A stretch of DNA of 64,000 bases from Eledone cirrhosa (taxonomy: Eukaryota), in assembly GCA_964016885.1 (NCBI GenBank), contig OZ024761.1, positions 6,882,001 through 6,946,000 of the forward strand, given 5' to 3'. Of this stretch, positions 1 to 14,000 are shown in pieces; positions within the stretch are counted from its first letter, which is position 1, and each line of letters opens with the position of its first letter. The translations under genes and the position numbers were made by a program. The notes beneath the pieces were generated by a model. It was not told the DNA's origin. It searched no databases and was given only the letters and a program-made list of their open reading frames with translations.

Positions 1-37
1 TAGACAGACAGACAACCACAGCTTTATATATATAGAT
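1..37 (-). mobile_element. Probable 5' end of a non-autonomous Helitron-like element
   Basis: On minus: TCTATATATATAAAG followed by (GTCT)n, the same start pattern as the element at 30544. Confidence 0.35.
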
Positions 38-183
38 GATAGAAGGGCTTAAGATAAATGTAAACACTTTAAAATGACTTTAAAGTATTTTTTCTTTTTT
101 TTTCAATTTTAGAATCAAGGGTTTCAGATGGTTTATTACCATCAAAAGGGTTCAATTTACTGAATTCAAATAAATGTTCTTAC

Positions 184-348
184 ATCTCCAACATATTTCT
201 GTAAAAGATTTGCTCCGATGACACGAATGAAACAAGCGTCAGTTTTGCTTGCAACAGCTCGGACACACAATGTCTTACCAGTGCCAGGAGGACCGAAAAG
301 CAACATTCCTTTTGGTGGTTGAATGCCCAGATTTATATACCTTTCAGG
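184..348 (-). CDS. PSMC2: PSMC2-like exon 8, AAA+ Walker A and pore-1 loop ([55 protein letters not shown]). Gene continues left of the window.
   Basis: catcag| and |gtaaga, 165 nt. [18 protein letters not shown] (Rpt1 signature) and KYVG are all present. Confidence 0.96.
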
Positions 349-879
349 CTGATGAAGAAAGAGAAGTGAGAAGAGATTGAAAGAGAAAACATAGAAACAT
401 AATAGCCCTTCTTCAGGAAAGAAAAGAGAGAGAAGTTAGTAGAAAGAAGAGAATATAAAAGAGGAAAAAATATGGTCTCTTCAGTTGTGACAAAGACATG
501 ACAACCTCCCTGGTGTTGGTGATCTACACCATAAATGCACCTTGTACACTCTGTAAAGTGGCTGGTCATAGGGAGGACATCCAACCATAGAAAACGTGCC
601 AAATAAAGGGTCTGCTGTATCAAAGACATGTCAACTATCTTAATGCTGGTGCCATGATAAAATGCACTCAGCATAGTGTGGGAACATAGGTAAGTATAGT
701 GTGGGTGGCTGTTAGGATTTAGGAGGGGTGAGGTTGATACTGGATAGAGTGGAGGTACAGTGCTGAGAATAGGGACAGGGATATTGGTTTGTGGGGAGGG
801 GTGACATGGTGAATACATTGATAAAGGTGATAGCTACTATGGGGTGAGAGTGGAGAGGAGGGGTGTATGAGGCTGGGTC

Positions 880-1117
880 AAGTCAAGTTCTAAGCTGGAA
901 GACAGGCCTTCACCAGCATAGTATAGCACCATACCTCATGGTCCTTCATCATCTCTGTTGTGAGGTTTAGCTTCTTAAGATCAGACTTCACTACTTCATC
1001 CCATGTCTTCCTTCCCACCTGAAAGGTCAGTAGCTCCACTTGAGGACTGACTCAGTCTGTTGACCACCTGTCTAACCCTTGTTAACAGGGAAAAATTGAC
1101 ATTTAAATGATGATGAT
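880..1117 (+). mobile_element. Degenerate RTE-type 3' tail
   Basis: Ends ...gggaaaaattgacatttaaatgatgatgat, similar to the RTE termini at 47200-47233 and 53870-53920. Confidence 0.4.
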
Positions 1118-1270
1118 ACAGCCTCAATATTAAATATAGAATAACTTACCTTAAGGAAGGTGTTTTCAACTAAATATAGCATAACTCACTTTTAACAAAG
1201 GTGTTTTCAACTAAATACAGAATACCTTACTTTTAACAAAAGTATTTCAACTAAATATAGAATACCTTAC

Positions 1271-1414
1271 CATTAACAAGGGTTTATCAATGACTTCGTT
1301 AATGCTATCAATTTGCTTCTTATATCCACCAACTATTTTCTCAAATGTTTTATCATCCAAGTATTGAGAACTGTCTCTAATCAATGGTGATGATCTATCA
1401 GGCTCTTTTTTAAC
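1271..1414 (-). CDS. PSMC2: PSMC2-like exon 7 (VKKEPDRSSPLIRDSSQYLDDKTFEKIVGGYKKQIDSINEVIDKPLLM)
   Basis: ttctag| and |gtaagg, 144 nt, open. Ends align to VEEKPD...[21 protein letters not shown] with ~16 extra residues. Confidence 0.85.
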
Positions 1415-1431
1415 CTAGAAATAATAATAAT

Positions 1432-1891
1432 AAGAATAGATATGATAGGGTGGGACAATATCTCCACTGGATAATATGAAAAAAATACAATTCAGAAAAC
1501 TGGTATGAACATAAACCACAGCTGAGACTGAAGGAGCAACAATCCTTCAGGACTTTTCCATTCACAAAGATCACACTGTTAATGCTAATCTTCCTGATAT
1601 TATTATTAAAGATTTAAAAAACAAGACCTGCTTACTCATTGACATGACTGTACTGTATGATAGAAATATGTCAGCAAAAGAGTATGAGAAACTTGTTAAA
1701 TATAAAGATCTAGAAATTGAAATAAACAGAATGTGGTACCTTAAAACACAAACTATTCCGGCAGAGATAGGAGCTCAAGGTGTCATAAAGAAAGGTGTTC
1801 ACAAGTTTCTAGAAAACCTAGCATCTATGAAATCCAAAAGATACTTCTAACAAGTACCGTCCACAAACTTCGTAAATTTTTGTCTATGTAA
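1432..1891 (+). mobile_element. R4/Dong-like non-LTR retrotransposon 3' fragment (RLE domain), decayed
   Basis: YDRVGQYLHW, WYEHKP, ANLPDIII, KYKDLEIEI..MW motifs with stops and frameshifts. Preceded by (TAA)n. Confidence 0.75.
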
Positions 1892-2264
1892 TATATGTCA
1901 ACACACAATCTTTTCTGTTTAATTTTTAGAGTAAATTTAAAATATCCTTAATGCAAAATTAATTCATATTTTTTATACTCCTTTAATCACTGTATTCTTT
2001 AATGAATTGTTGCCCTTGACACTGAATTAAGGGCAGATTACTCTATTGTCACAATTTCTCGCCAACATCACATTAAAGATACTTCTTTTTATCTCCTACT
2101 CTTACCTTTTTTTTAAAACTTATCTACCTATCAACTTTTGTAAAGTCACTTGGTAAGTGAATGTGAGAACAGAACAAAAAAAAAGCTAACGAAAGTGTCA
2201 AAACCAATGATACCTGCCCATTGACATAAAAGGAAATCAAAGGAAAATAATAATAATAATAATG

Positions 2265-2294
<30 letters not shown>

Positions 2295-2296
<2 letters not shown>

Positions 2297-2915
2297 TGTG
2301 GCTCACATTGTATCCGAGTGTAAACACCTAGCCCAGACTCACTAGAAGGGCTGGAGACATGATGTGATGGGCAGGGTGATCCACTGGCACCTATGCAAAG
2401 TAAACAATTTACCACATTCTGAGAAGTGGTATGAGCATAAGCCAGAGGCGGTGATAGAAAACGATCAGGTGAAGGTGCTGTGGGATTTTAGGATACAGAC
2501 GGACAAGAAACTGGAACACAATAGACCTGACCTGGTGGTTGTGGACAAGGAAAAAAGATCGTGCCTGATTGTGGATGTGGTCTGCCCATTCGACACGAGA
2601 GTGCAAGAGAAGGAGAGGGAGAAAATTAACCGATACCAGGACTTAAAGTGGGAGGTAAAAAGGATTTGGAACTGCCATGAAGTCAAAGTGGTCCCGATTG
2701 TCATAGGCGCACTAGGTACTATCTCAAAAAGTTTCCAGGGATGGTTAAAGAAAATTGGCCCCTTCACGCTTTTTGGAACACTTCAAAAGGCATGCTTGCT
2801 GGGAACAGCAAGAACCCTCCGATACGTCCTGAATATCTGAGGCTGCAGGTAGTGGCTTGATATTCATTTCAACAAACTTTCCAGTTAACTAACATCAATG
2901 ACTGAGACTCAAAGA
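2295..2915 (+). mobile_element. R4/Dong-like 3' fragment, RLE endonuclease (ORF 2364-2840)
   Basis: WYEHKPE..LWDF.IQTD....HNRPDLVVVD...EK..RYQDL..E...IW...VVPIVIGALG. (TAA)n on both sides. Confidence 0.85.
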
Positions 2916-2960
2916 GTAATAACAACAATAATATCAATAATAATAATAATAATAATAATA

Positions 2961-3800
2961 AGTTCAGGGCTAAAGGTGGAGAGTGAAGGCTTCATCTTAG
3001 CTGCCCAAGATCAAAGCTTATTGACTCGTAATTACCAGGCCAATGTGATGAGAAACGGAATAAACCCAAAGTGCTGATTCTGCAATGCTGGGGTTGAAAC
3101 AGTGGATCACTTAGTCTCTGGATGTAAAGTTTTAGCACCAGTAGAATACAAATATAGACATAATAGAGTTAGCCAATATCTACACTGGGTAATATGTCGG
3201 CATTGCAAAATCAAAGCTGAAGACAAGTGGTACAATCATCAGGCTGAGGCTGTGGCTGAAGGAGAAAAAGTATCAATTCTCTGGGACTTTCCTGTACATA
3301 CTGACAGGACCATAAAAGCAAATAGACCTGACATCATTATAAAAGATCAACCTAACAAGGCCTGTTTATTGATAGATATGAGCATCTCATGTGATCACAA
3401 TATCACGGCAAAAGAATTTGACAAGCTACGAAAATATAAAGATCTGCTTATTGAAATTGAGAAAATGTGGCACCTCAAGGCCGTTACAATACCAGTGATT
3501 GTGGGATGACTGGGAATGATCAAGAAAGGAACAGAACGATATTTGCGAATGATTCCTGGTTTACCCTCTCTGCACCTGTGCAAACAATTGTTTTGACTGG
3601 TACTGCAAACGTATTGACAACAGCACTATCTCTGTAAGATTGGTATCCCTCATTGTATTTACATATGCACATGTGTATATATGTATACTGTTATTTTTTA
3701 TAATTATAATCAATGTGCTGTATTAACTGGCTTACCAATGCACACTGTGAATTTATTTGCCCTAGGTGTCAGGAAGACACTCGGCATATATCTCAGAAAC
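2961..3800 (+). mobile_element. R4/Dong-like 3' fragment with CCHC knuckle and RLE, decayed
   Basis: ESEGFILAAQDQSL, C..C....ETVDHLVSGC, WDF..TDRTIKANRPDIII. Flanked by (TAA)n. Confidence 0.85.
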
Positions 3801-3841
3801 AATAATAAAAATAAAATTAAAATAATAATAATAATAGTAAT

Positions 3842-4050
3842 GGTTTCTTTTATAGGCACAAGGCCAGCAATTTTGGGGGAGGGGAAAGTCGATTAAATCG
3901 ACCCCAGTGCGTGACTGGTACTTTATTTTAGCGACCCCGCAAGGATGAAAGGCAAAGTTAACCTCGGCGGGATTTGAACTCAGATCGTAAAGGGACGTAA
4001 CTCCATGCCGCAAAGCATGGTGTCTGACGCTCTACCGATACTGCCAATCG
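3842..4050 (-). mobile_element. tRNA-related SINE family A (Deu/Nin-domain-like core GCCTTTCATCC...GGGGTCG...AAGTACCAG)
   Basis: B-box-like GAGTTCAAATCC on minus. Homologous copies at ~21780-21935(+), 29933-30116(-), 30198-30310(+), 31190-31260(+), 33505-33626(-), 33765-33946(-) and 44801-44983(+). Confidence 0.8.
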
Positions 4051-4074
4051 ACCAACTATTGTAATAGTGTGTAA

Positions 4075-7000
4075 TACCAATATCATGTTATATACACCAA
4101 TATCATGTTATATACAGCAATATCATGTTATATACAGCAATATCATGTTATATACACCAATATCATGTTATATACAGCAATATCATGTTATATACACCAA
4201 TATCACGTTATATACACCAATATCATGTTATATACACCAATATCATGTTATATACACCAATAACATGATATATACACCCACCAACAATATGTTATATACA
4301 CCCACCAACATCATGTTATATACACCCACCAACATCATGTTATATACACCCACCAACATCATGTTCTATACACCCACCAACAACATGTTATATACACCCA
4401 CCAACAACATGTTTTATACACCCACCAACAACATGTTATATACACTCACCAACAACATGTTATATACACCCACCAACAATATGTTATATACACCCACCAA
4501 CATGTTATATACACCCACCAACAACATGTTATATACACCCACCAACAACATGTTATATACACCCACCAACAATATGTTATATACACCCACCAACATGTTA
4601 TATACACCCAACAACAACATGTTATATAGACCCACCAACAACATGTTATATACACCCACCAACAGTAACATGTTATATACACACACCAACAATACGATAT
4701 ATAAACCCATCAACATCATGTTATATACACCCACCAACAATAACATGTTATATACACCCACCAACATCATGTTATATACACCCACCAACAATATGTTATA
4801 TACACCCACCAACAATGTTATATACACACACCAACATCATGCTATATACACTCACCAACATCATGCTATATACATCCACCAACAATGTTATATACACCCA
4901 CCAACATCATGTTATATACACCCACCAACAATAACATGTTATATACACCCACCAACAACATGTTATATACACCCACCAACATCATGTTATATACACCCAC
5001 CAACCTGTTATATACACCCACCAATAACATGTTATATACACTCACCAACAACATGTTATATACACCCACCAACAATGTTATATACACCCACCAACAATAA
5101 CATGTTATATACACCCACCAACATGTTATATACACCCACCAACAACATGTTATATACACCCGACAACATGTTATATACACCCACCAACAATAACATGTTA
5201 TATACACCCACCAACATCATATTATATACACCCACCAACAGCATGTTATACACACCCACAAATAACATGTTATATACACCCACCAACAATAACATGTTAT
5301 ATACACCCACCAACAATATGTTATATATACCCAACATCATGTTATATACACCCACCAACAATAACATGTTATATACACCCACCAACATCATATTATATAC
5401 ACCCACCAATAACATGTTATATACACCCACCAACAATATGTTATATACATCCACCAACAATATGTTATATACACCCACAAAACATGTTATATACACCCAC
5501 CAACAATAACATGTTATATACACCCACCAACAACATGTTATATACACCCACCAACAATATGTTATATACATCCACCAACATCATGTTATATACACCCACC
5601 AACAATAACATGTTATATACACCCACCAACATCATGTTATATACACCCACCAACAATATGTTATATACACCCACCAACATCAATGTTATATACACCCACC
5701 AACAATGTTATATACACACACCAACATTATGTTATATACACCCACCAACAATGTTATATACACCCACCAACATCATGTTATATACACCCACCAACAATAA
5801 CATGTTATATACACCCACCAACAACATGTTATATACACCCACCAACAACATGTTATATACACACACCAACAATATGTTATATACACCCACCAACATGTTA
5901 TATACACCCACCAACAACATGTTATATAGACCCACCAACAACATGTTATATACACCCACCAATAGTAACATGTTATATACACACACCAACAATACGTTAT
6001 ATACACCCACCAACATGTTATATACACCCACCAACAATAACATGTTATATACACCCACCAACATCATGTTATATACACCCACCAACAATATGCTATATAC
6101 ACCCACCAACAATGTTATATACACACACCAACATTATGTTATATACACCCACCAACAATGTTATATACACCCAACAACATCATGTTATATACACCCACTA
6201 ACAATAACATGTTATATACACCCACCAACAACATGTTATATACACCCACCAACATCATGTTATATACAACCACCAACCTGTTATATACACCCACCAATAA
6301 CATGTTATATACACCCACCAACATGTTATATACACCCACCAACAACATGTTATATACACCCGACAACATGTTATATACACCCACCAACAATAACATGTTA
6401 TATACACCCACCAACATCATATTATATACACCCACCAACAGCATGTTATACACACCCACTAATAACATGTTATATACACCCACCAACAATATGTTATATA
6501 CATCCACCAACAATATGTTATATACACCCACCAACATGTAATATACACCCACCAACAATAACATGTTATATACACCCACCAACAACATGTTATATACACC
6601 CACCAACAATATGTTATATACATCCACCAACAATATGTTATATACACCCACCAACATCATGTTATATACACACACCAACATGTTATATACATACACCAAC
6701 AATATGTTATATACACCCACCAACATCATGTTATATACACCCACCAACATCATGCTATATACAACCACCAACATCAATGTTATATACACCCACCAACATC
6801 ATGCTATATACATCCACCAACAATATGTTATATACACCCACCAACAACATGTTATATACACCCACCAACAATAACATGTTATATACACCCACCAACAACA
6901 TGTTATATACACCAATCAACAATATGTTATATACATCCACCAACAACATGTTATATACACCCACCACCAACATGTTATATACAACCACCAACATCAATGT

Positions 7001-7079
7001 TATATACACCCACCAACAACATGTTATATACACCCACCAACAATAACATGTTATATACACCCACCAACAATGTTATATA
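4075..7079. repeat. Minisatellite: 20-bp units grading into 21/24/27-bp units (ATGTTATATACACCCACCAACAAC)
   Basis: Direct tandem repeats. The first ~190 bp is TATCATGTTATATACACCAA. Confidence 0.97.
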
Positions 7080-7080
7080 T

Positions 7081-10000
7081 ACAGGTAGCCATACCACAGG
7101 TAACCATACCAGAGGTAGCCATGCCAGAGGTAGCCATACCACAGGTAACCATACCAGAGGTAGCCATACCAGAGGTAGCCATACCAGAGGTAACCATACC
7201 AGAGGTAGCCATACCACAGGTAGCCATACCACAGGTAGCCATACAAGAGGTAGCCATGCCAGAGGTAGCCATACCACAGGTAGCCATACCACAGGTAGCC
7301 ATACCAGAGGTAGCCATACCACAGGTAGCCATACCAGAGGTAGCCATACCACAGGTAGCCATACCACAGGTAGCCATACCAGAGGTAGCCATACCAGAGG
7401 TAGCCATACCACAGGTAGCCAGACCAGAGGTAGCCATACCACAGGTAGCCATACCAGAGGTAGCCATACCACAATTAGCCATACCACAGGTAGCCATACC
7501 AGAGGTAGCCATGCAAGAGGTAGCCATACCACAATTAGCCATGCAAGAGGTAGCCATACCACAATTAGCCATACCACAGGTAGCCATACCACAGGTAGCC
7601 ATACCACAGGTAGCCATACCACAGGTAGCCACACCAGAGGTAGCCTACCAGAGGTAGCCATACCACAGGTAGCCATACCAGAGGTAGCCATACGACAGGT
7701 AGCCACACCAGAGGTAGCCATACCACAGGTAGCCATACCACAGGTAGCCATACCAGAGGTAGCCATACCACAGGTAGCCAGACCAGAGGTAGCCATACCA
7801 GAGGTAGCCATACCAGAGGTAGCCATACCAGAGGTAGCCATACCAGAGGTAGCCATACCACAGGTAGCCATACCAGAGGTAACCATACCAGAGATAGCCA
7901 TACCACAGGTAGCCAGACCAGAGGTAGCCATACCAGAGGTAGCCATACCTGAGGTAGGCATACCACAGGTAGCCATACCAGAGGTAGCCATACAAGAGGT
8001 AGCCATACCACAGGTAGCCATACCAGAGGTAGCCAGACCTGAGGTAGCCATACCAAAGGTAGCCAGACCAGAGGTAGCCAGACCAGAGGTAGCCATACCA
8101 GAGGTAGCCATGCCAGAGGTAGCCATACCAGAGGTAGCCATACCAGAGGTAGTCATACCACAGGTAGCCATACCAGAGGTAGCCATACCACAGGTAGCCA
8201 TGTAGAGGTAGCCATACCAGAGGTAGTCATACCACAGGTAGCCATACCTGAGGTAGCCATACCAGAGGTAGTCATACCACAGGTAGCCAGACCAGAGGTA
8301 GCCATACCACAGGTAGCCATACAGAGGTAGCCATACCAGAGGTAGTCATACCACAGGTAGCCATACCAGATGTAGCCATACCACGGGTAGCTATACCACA
8401 GGTAGCCATGTAGAGGTAGCCATACCAGAGGTAGCCATACCAGAGGTAGCCATACCACAGGTAGCCATACCAGAGGTAGCCATACCACAGGTAGCCAGAC
8501 CAGAGGTAGCTATACCAGAGGTAGCCATACCACAGGTAGCCATACCAGAGGTAGCCATACCACAGGTAGCCATACCAGAGGTAGCCATACTAGAGGTAGC
8601 CATACCACAGGTAGCCAGACCAGAGGTAGCCATACCACAGGTAGCCAGACCAGAGGTAGCCATACCACAGGTAACCATACCAGATGTAGCCATACCAGAG
8701 GTAGCCATACAGAGGTAGCCATACCAGAGGTAGCCATACCACAGGTAGCCATACCAGAGGTAGCCATACCACAGGTAGCCATACCAGAGGTAGCCATACC
8801 AGAGGTAGCCATACCACAAGTAGCCAGACCAGAGGTAGCCATACCAGAGGTAGCCATACCACAGGTAGCCATACCAGAGGTAGCCATACCAGAGGTAGCC
8901 ATACCACAGGTAGCCATACCAGAGGTAGCCATACCAGAGGTAGCCATACCACAGGTAGCCATACCAGAGGTAACCATACCAGAGATAGCCATACCAGAGG
9001 TAGCCATACCTGAGGTAGGCATACCACAGGTAGCCATACCAGAGGTAGCCATACCACAGGTAGCCATACCAGAGGTAGCCATACAAGAGGTAGCCATACC
9101 ACAGGTAGCCATACCAGAGGTAGCCAGACCTGAGGTAGCCATACCAAAGGTAGCCAGACCAGAGGTAGCCAGACCAGAGGTAGCCATACCAGAGGTAGCC
9201 ATGCCAGAGGTAGCCATGCCAGAGGTAGCCATACCACAGGTAGCCATACCAGAGGTAGCCATACCAGAGGTAGTCATACCACAGGTAGCCATACCAGAGG
9301 TAGCCATACCACAGGTAGCCATGTAGAGGTAGCCATACCAGAGGTAGTCATACCACAGGTAGCCATACCTGAGGTAGCCATACCACAGGTAGCCATTACA
9401 GGGGTAGCCATACCACAGGTAGCCAGACAGAGGTAGCCATACCACAGGTAGCCATACAGAGGTAGCCATACCAGAGGTAGTCATACCACAGGTAGCCATA
9501 CCAGAGGTAGCCATACCACAGGTAGCCATACCACAGGTAGCCATGTAGAGGTAGACATACCAGAGGTAGTCATACCACAGGTAGCCATACCAGAGGTAGC
9601 CATACCAGAGGTAGCCATACCAGAGGTAGCCATACCACAGGTAGCCAGACCAGAGGTAGCCATACCAGAGGTAGCCATACCACAGGTAGCCATACCAGAG
9701 GTAGCCATACCACAGGTAGCCATACCAGAGGTAGCCATACCAGAGGTAGCCATACCAGAGGTAGCCATACCACAGGTAGCCATACCAGAGGTAGCCATAC
9801 CAGAGATAGCCATACCACAGGTAGCCAGACCAGAGGTAGCCATACCAGAGGTAGGCATACCACAGGTAGCCAGACCAGAGGTAGCCATACCAGAGGTAGC
9901 CATGCCACAGGTAGCCATACCAGATGTAGCCATACCACAGGTAGCCATACAGAGGTAGCCATACCAGAGGTAGTCATACCACAGGTAGCCATGTAGAGGT

Positions 10001-10910
10001 AGCCATACCAGAGGTAGCTATACCACAGGTAGCCATACCAGAGGTAGCCATACCACAGGTAGCCAGACCAGAGGTAGCCATACCAGTGGTCGCCATACCA
10101 GAGGTAGCCATACCACAAGTAGCCAGACCAGAGGTAGCCATACCACAGGTAACCATACCAGAGGTAGCCATACCAGAGGTAGCCATACCAGAGGTAGCCA
10201 TACCACAGGTAGCCATACCAGAGGTAGCTATACCACAGGTAGCCATACCACAGGTAGCCATACCAGATGTAGCCATACCAGAGGTAGCCATACTACAGGT
10301 AGCCAGACCAGAGGTAGCCATACCAGAGGTAGCCATACCAGAGGTAGCCATACCACAGGTAGCCAGACCAGAGGTAGCCATACCACAGGTAACCATACCA
10401 GAGGTAGCCATACCAGAGGTAGCCATACCAGAGGTAGCCATACCAGAGGTAGCCATACCAGAGGTAGCCATACCAGAGGTAGCCATACCACAGGTAGCCA
10501 GACCAGAGTTAGCCATACCAGAGGTAGCCATACCAGAGGTAGGCATACCACAGGTAGCCATACCAGAGGTAGCCATACCACAGGTAGCCATACCACAGGT
10601 AGCCATACCACAGGTAGCCATACCACAGGTAGCCATAACAGAGGTAGCCATACCACAGGTAGCCATACCAGAGGTAGCCATACCAGAGGTAGCCATACCA
10701 GAGGTAGCCATACCAGAGGTAGCCATACCAGAGGTAGCCATACCAGAGGTAGCCATACCAGAGGTAGCCATACCAGAGGTAGCCATACCACAGGTAGCCA
10801 TACCACAGGTAGCCATACCACAGGTAGCCATACCAGAGGTAGCCATACCAGAGGTAGCCATACCACAGGTAGTCATACCACAGGTAGCCATACCACAGGT
10901 AGCCATACCA
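7081..10910. repeat. 15-bp minisatellite (ASAGGTAGCCATACC)n, ~250 copies
   Basis: Direct tandem repeats. The array ends ~10 nt from the exon 6 donor. Confidence 0.98.
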
Positions 10911-10919
10911 TATATATAC

Positions 10920-10992
10920 CTCCATATCTGCAACCAATTTATCAAAACTTTGTGGCAGCGGCAGACATATCTGATACTTCGTCATGTCCACA
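10920..10992 (-). CDS. PSMC2: PSMC2-like exon 6 (CVDMTKYQICLPLPQSFDKLVADME)
   Basis: ttttttcag| and |gtatat, 73 nt, phase 2 to 0. Matches [24 protein letters not shown]. Lies between two satellite arrays. Confidence 0.9.
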
Positions 10993-11010
10993 CTGAAAAA
11001 ACAACAAAAA

Positions 11011-14000
11011 CATTTAGTGAGGGTGGTGACATCAACAACATTTAGTGAGGGTGGTAACATCTACAACATTTAGTGAGGGTGGTGACATCAACAACATTTA
11101 GTGAGGCTGGTGACATCAACAACATTTAGTGAGGGTGGTGACATCAACAACATTTAGTGAGGGTGGTGACATCTACAACATTTAGTGAGGGTGGTGACAT
11201 CTACAACAACATTTAGTGAGGGTGGTGACATCTACAACATGTAGTGAGGGTGGTGACATCAACAACATTTAGTGAGGGTGGTGACATCAACAACATTTAG
11301 TGAGGGTGGTGACATCAACAACATTTAGTGAGTGTGGTGACATCTACAACATTTAGTGAGGGTGGTGACATCTACAACATTTAGTGAGGGTGGTGACATC
11401 TACAACATTTAGTGAGGGTGGTGACATCTACAACATTTAGTGAGGGTGGTGACATCTACAACATTTAGTGAGGGTGGTGACATCTACAACATTTAGTGAG
11501 GGTGGTGACATCAACAACATTTAGTGAGGGTGGTGACATCAACAACATTTAGTGAGGGTGGTGACATCAACAACATTTAGTGAGGCTGGTGACATCTACA
11601 ACATTTAGTGAGGGTGGTGACATCAACAACATTTAGTGAGGCTGGTAACATCTACAGCATATAGTGAGGGTGGTGACATCTACAACATTTAGTGAGGGTG
11701 GTGACATCAACAACATTTAGTGAGGCTGGTAACATCTACAGCATATAGTGAGGGTGGTGACATCTACAACATTTAGTGAGGGTGGTGACATCAACAACAT
11801 TTAGTGAGGGTGGTGACATCAACATTTAGTGAGGGTGGTGACACAACAACATTTAGTGAGGGTAGTGACATCAACAACATTTAGTGAGGGTGGTGACATC
11901 AACAACAACATTTAGTGAGGGTGGTGACATCTACAACATTTAGTGAGGCTGGTGACATCTACAACATTTAGTGAGGGTGGTGACATCTACAACATTTAGT
12001 GACGGTGGTGACATCTACAACATTTAGTGAGGGTGGTGACATCAACAACATTTAGTGAGGCTGGTGACATCTACAACATTTAGTGAGGGTGGTGACATCA
12101 ACAACAACATTTAGTGAGGGTGGTGACATCAACAACATTTAGTGAGGGTGGTGACATCTACAACATTTAATGACGATGGTGACATCTACAACATTTAGTG
12201 AAGGTGGTGACATCAACAACAACATTTAGTGAGGGTGGTGACATCTACAACATTTAGTGACGGTGGTGACATCTACAACATTTAGTGAGGGTGGTGACAT
12301 CAACAACATTTAGTGAGGCTGGTGACATCTACAACATTTAGTGAGGGTGGTGACATCAACAACAACATTTAGTGAGGGTGGTGACATCAACAACATTTAG
12401 TGAGGGTGGTGACATCTACAACATTTAATGACGATGGTGACATCTACAACATTTAGTGAGGGTGGTGACATCAACAACAACATTTAGTGAGGGTGGTGAC
12501 ATCTACAACATTTAGTGACGGTGGTGACATCTACAACATTTAGTGAGGGTGGTGACATCTACAACATTTAGTGACGGTGGTGACATCTACAACAACATTT
12601 AGTGAGGGTGGTGACATCTACAACAAGATTTAGTGAGGGTGGTGACATCAACAACATTTAGTGAGGGTGGTGACATCTACAACATTTAGTGAGGGTGATG
12701 ACATCAACAACATTTAGTGAGGCTGGTGACATCTACAACATTTAGTGGGGGTGGTGACATCAACAACATTTAATGAGGGTGGTGACATCAACAACAACAT
12801 TTAGTGAGGGTGGTGACATCAACAACAACATTTAGTGAGGGTGGTGACATCTACAACATTTAGTGAGGGTGGTGACATCTACAACATTTAGTGAGGGTGG
12901 TGACATCTACAACATTTAGTGAGGGTGGTGACATCTACAACATTTAGTGAGGGTGGTGACATCAACAATATTTAGTGAGGGTGGTGACATCTACAACATT
13001 TAGTGAGGGTGGTGACATCAACAACATTTAGTGAGGGTGGTGACATCAACAACATTTAGTGAGGGTGGTGACATCAACAACATTTAGTGAGGGTGGTGAC
13101 ATCTACAACATTTAGTGACGGTGGTGACATCTACAACATTTAGTGAGGGTGGTGACATCAACAACATTTAGTGAGGGTGGTGACATCTACAACATTTAGT
13201 GAGGGTGGTGACATCAACAACATTTAGTGAGGGTGGTGACATCTACAACATTTAGTGAGGGTGGTAACATCTACAACAACATTTAGTGAGGGTGGTGACA
13301 TCAACAACATTTAGTGAGGGTGGTGACATCAACAACATTTAGTGAGGGTGGTGACATCTACAACAACATTTAGTGAGGGTGGTGACATCAACAACATTTA
13401 GTGAGGGTGGTGACATCAACAACATTTAGTGAGGGTGGTGACATCTACAACATTTAGTGAGGGTGGTGACATCTACAACAACATTTAGTGAGGGTGGTGA
13501 CATCAACAACATTTAGTGACGGTGGTGACATCAACAACATTTAGTGAGGGTGGTGACATCAACAACAACATTTAGTGAGGGTGGTGACATCTACAACATT
13601 TAGTGAGGGTGGTGACATCAACAACATTTAGTGCGGCTGGTGACAACAACATTTAGTGAGGGTGGTGACATCTACAACATTTAGTGAGGGTGGTGACATC
13701 AACAACATTTAGTGAGGCTGGTGACACAACAACAATTAGTGAGGGTGGTGACATCAACAACATTTAGTGAGGGTGGTGACATCTACAACATTTAGTGAGG
13801 GTGGTGACATCTACAACAACATTTAGTGAGGCTGGTGACATCAACAACATTTAGTGAGGGTGGTGACATCTACAACATTTAGTGAGGCTGGTGACATCAA
13901 TAACATTTAGTGAGGGTGGTGACATCTACAACATTTAGTGAGGGTGGTGACATCTACAACAACATTTAGTGAGTGTGGTGACATCAACAACATTTAGTGA

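Noticed and set aside
2124-2200. HIHLPSDFTKVDR as a candidate PSMC2 exon 6
   Set aside because: Poor match and phase. The exon at 10920-10992 fits far better.
4067-11060. Long ORFs (MLYTPTNN, VAIPE, MATSG, YGYLW repeats)
   Set aside because: Stop-free translations of 15/24-bp satellites, open in several frames on both strands. Only the 73-bp exon is supported.
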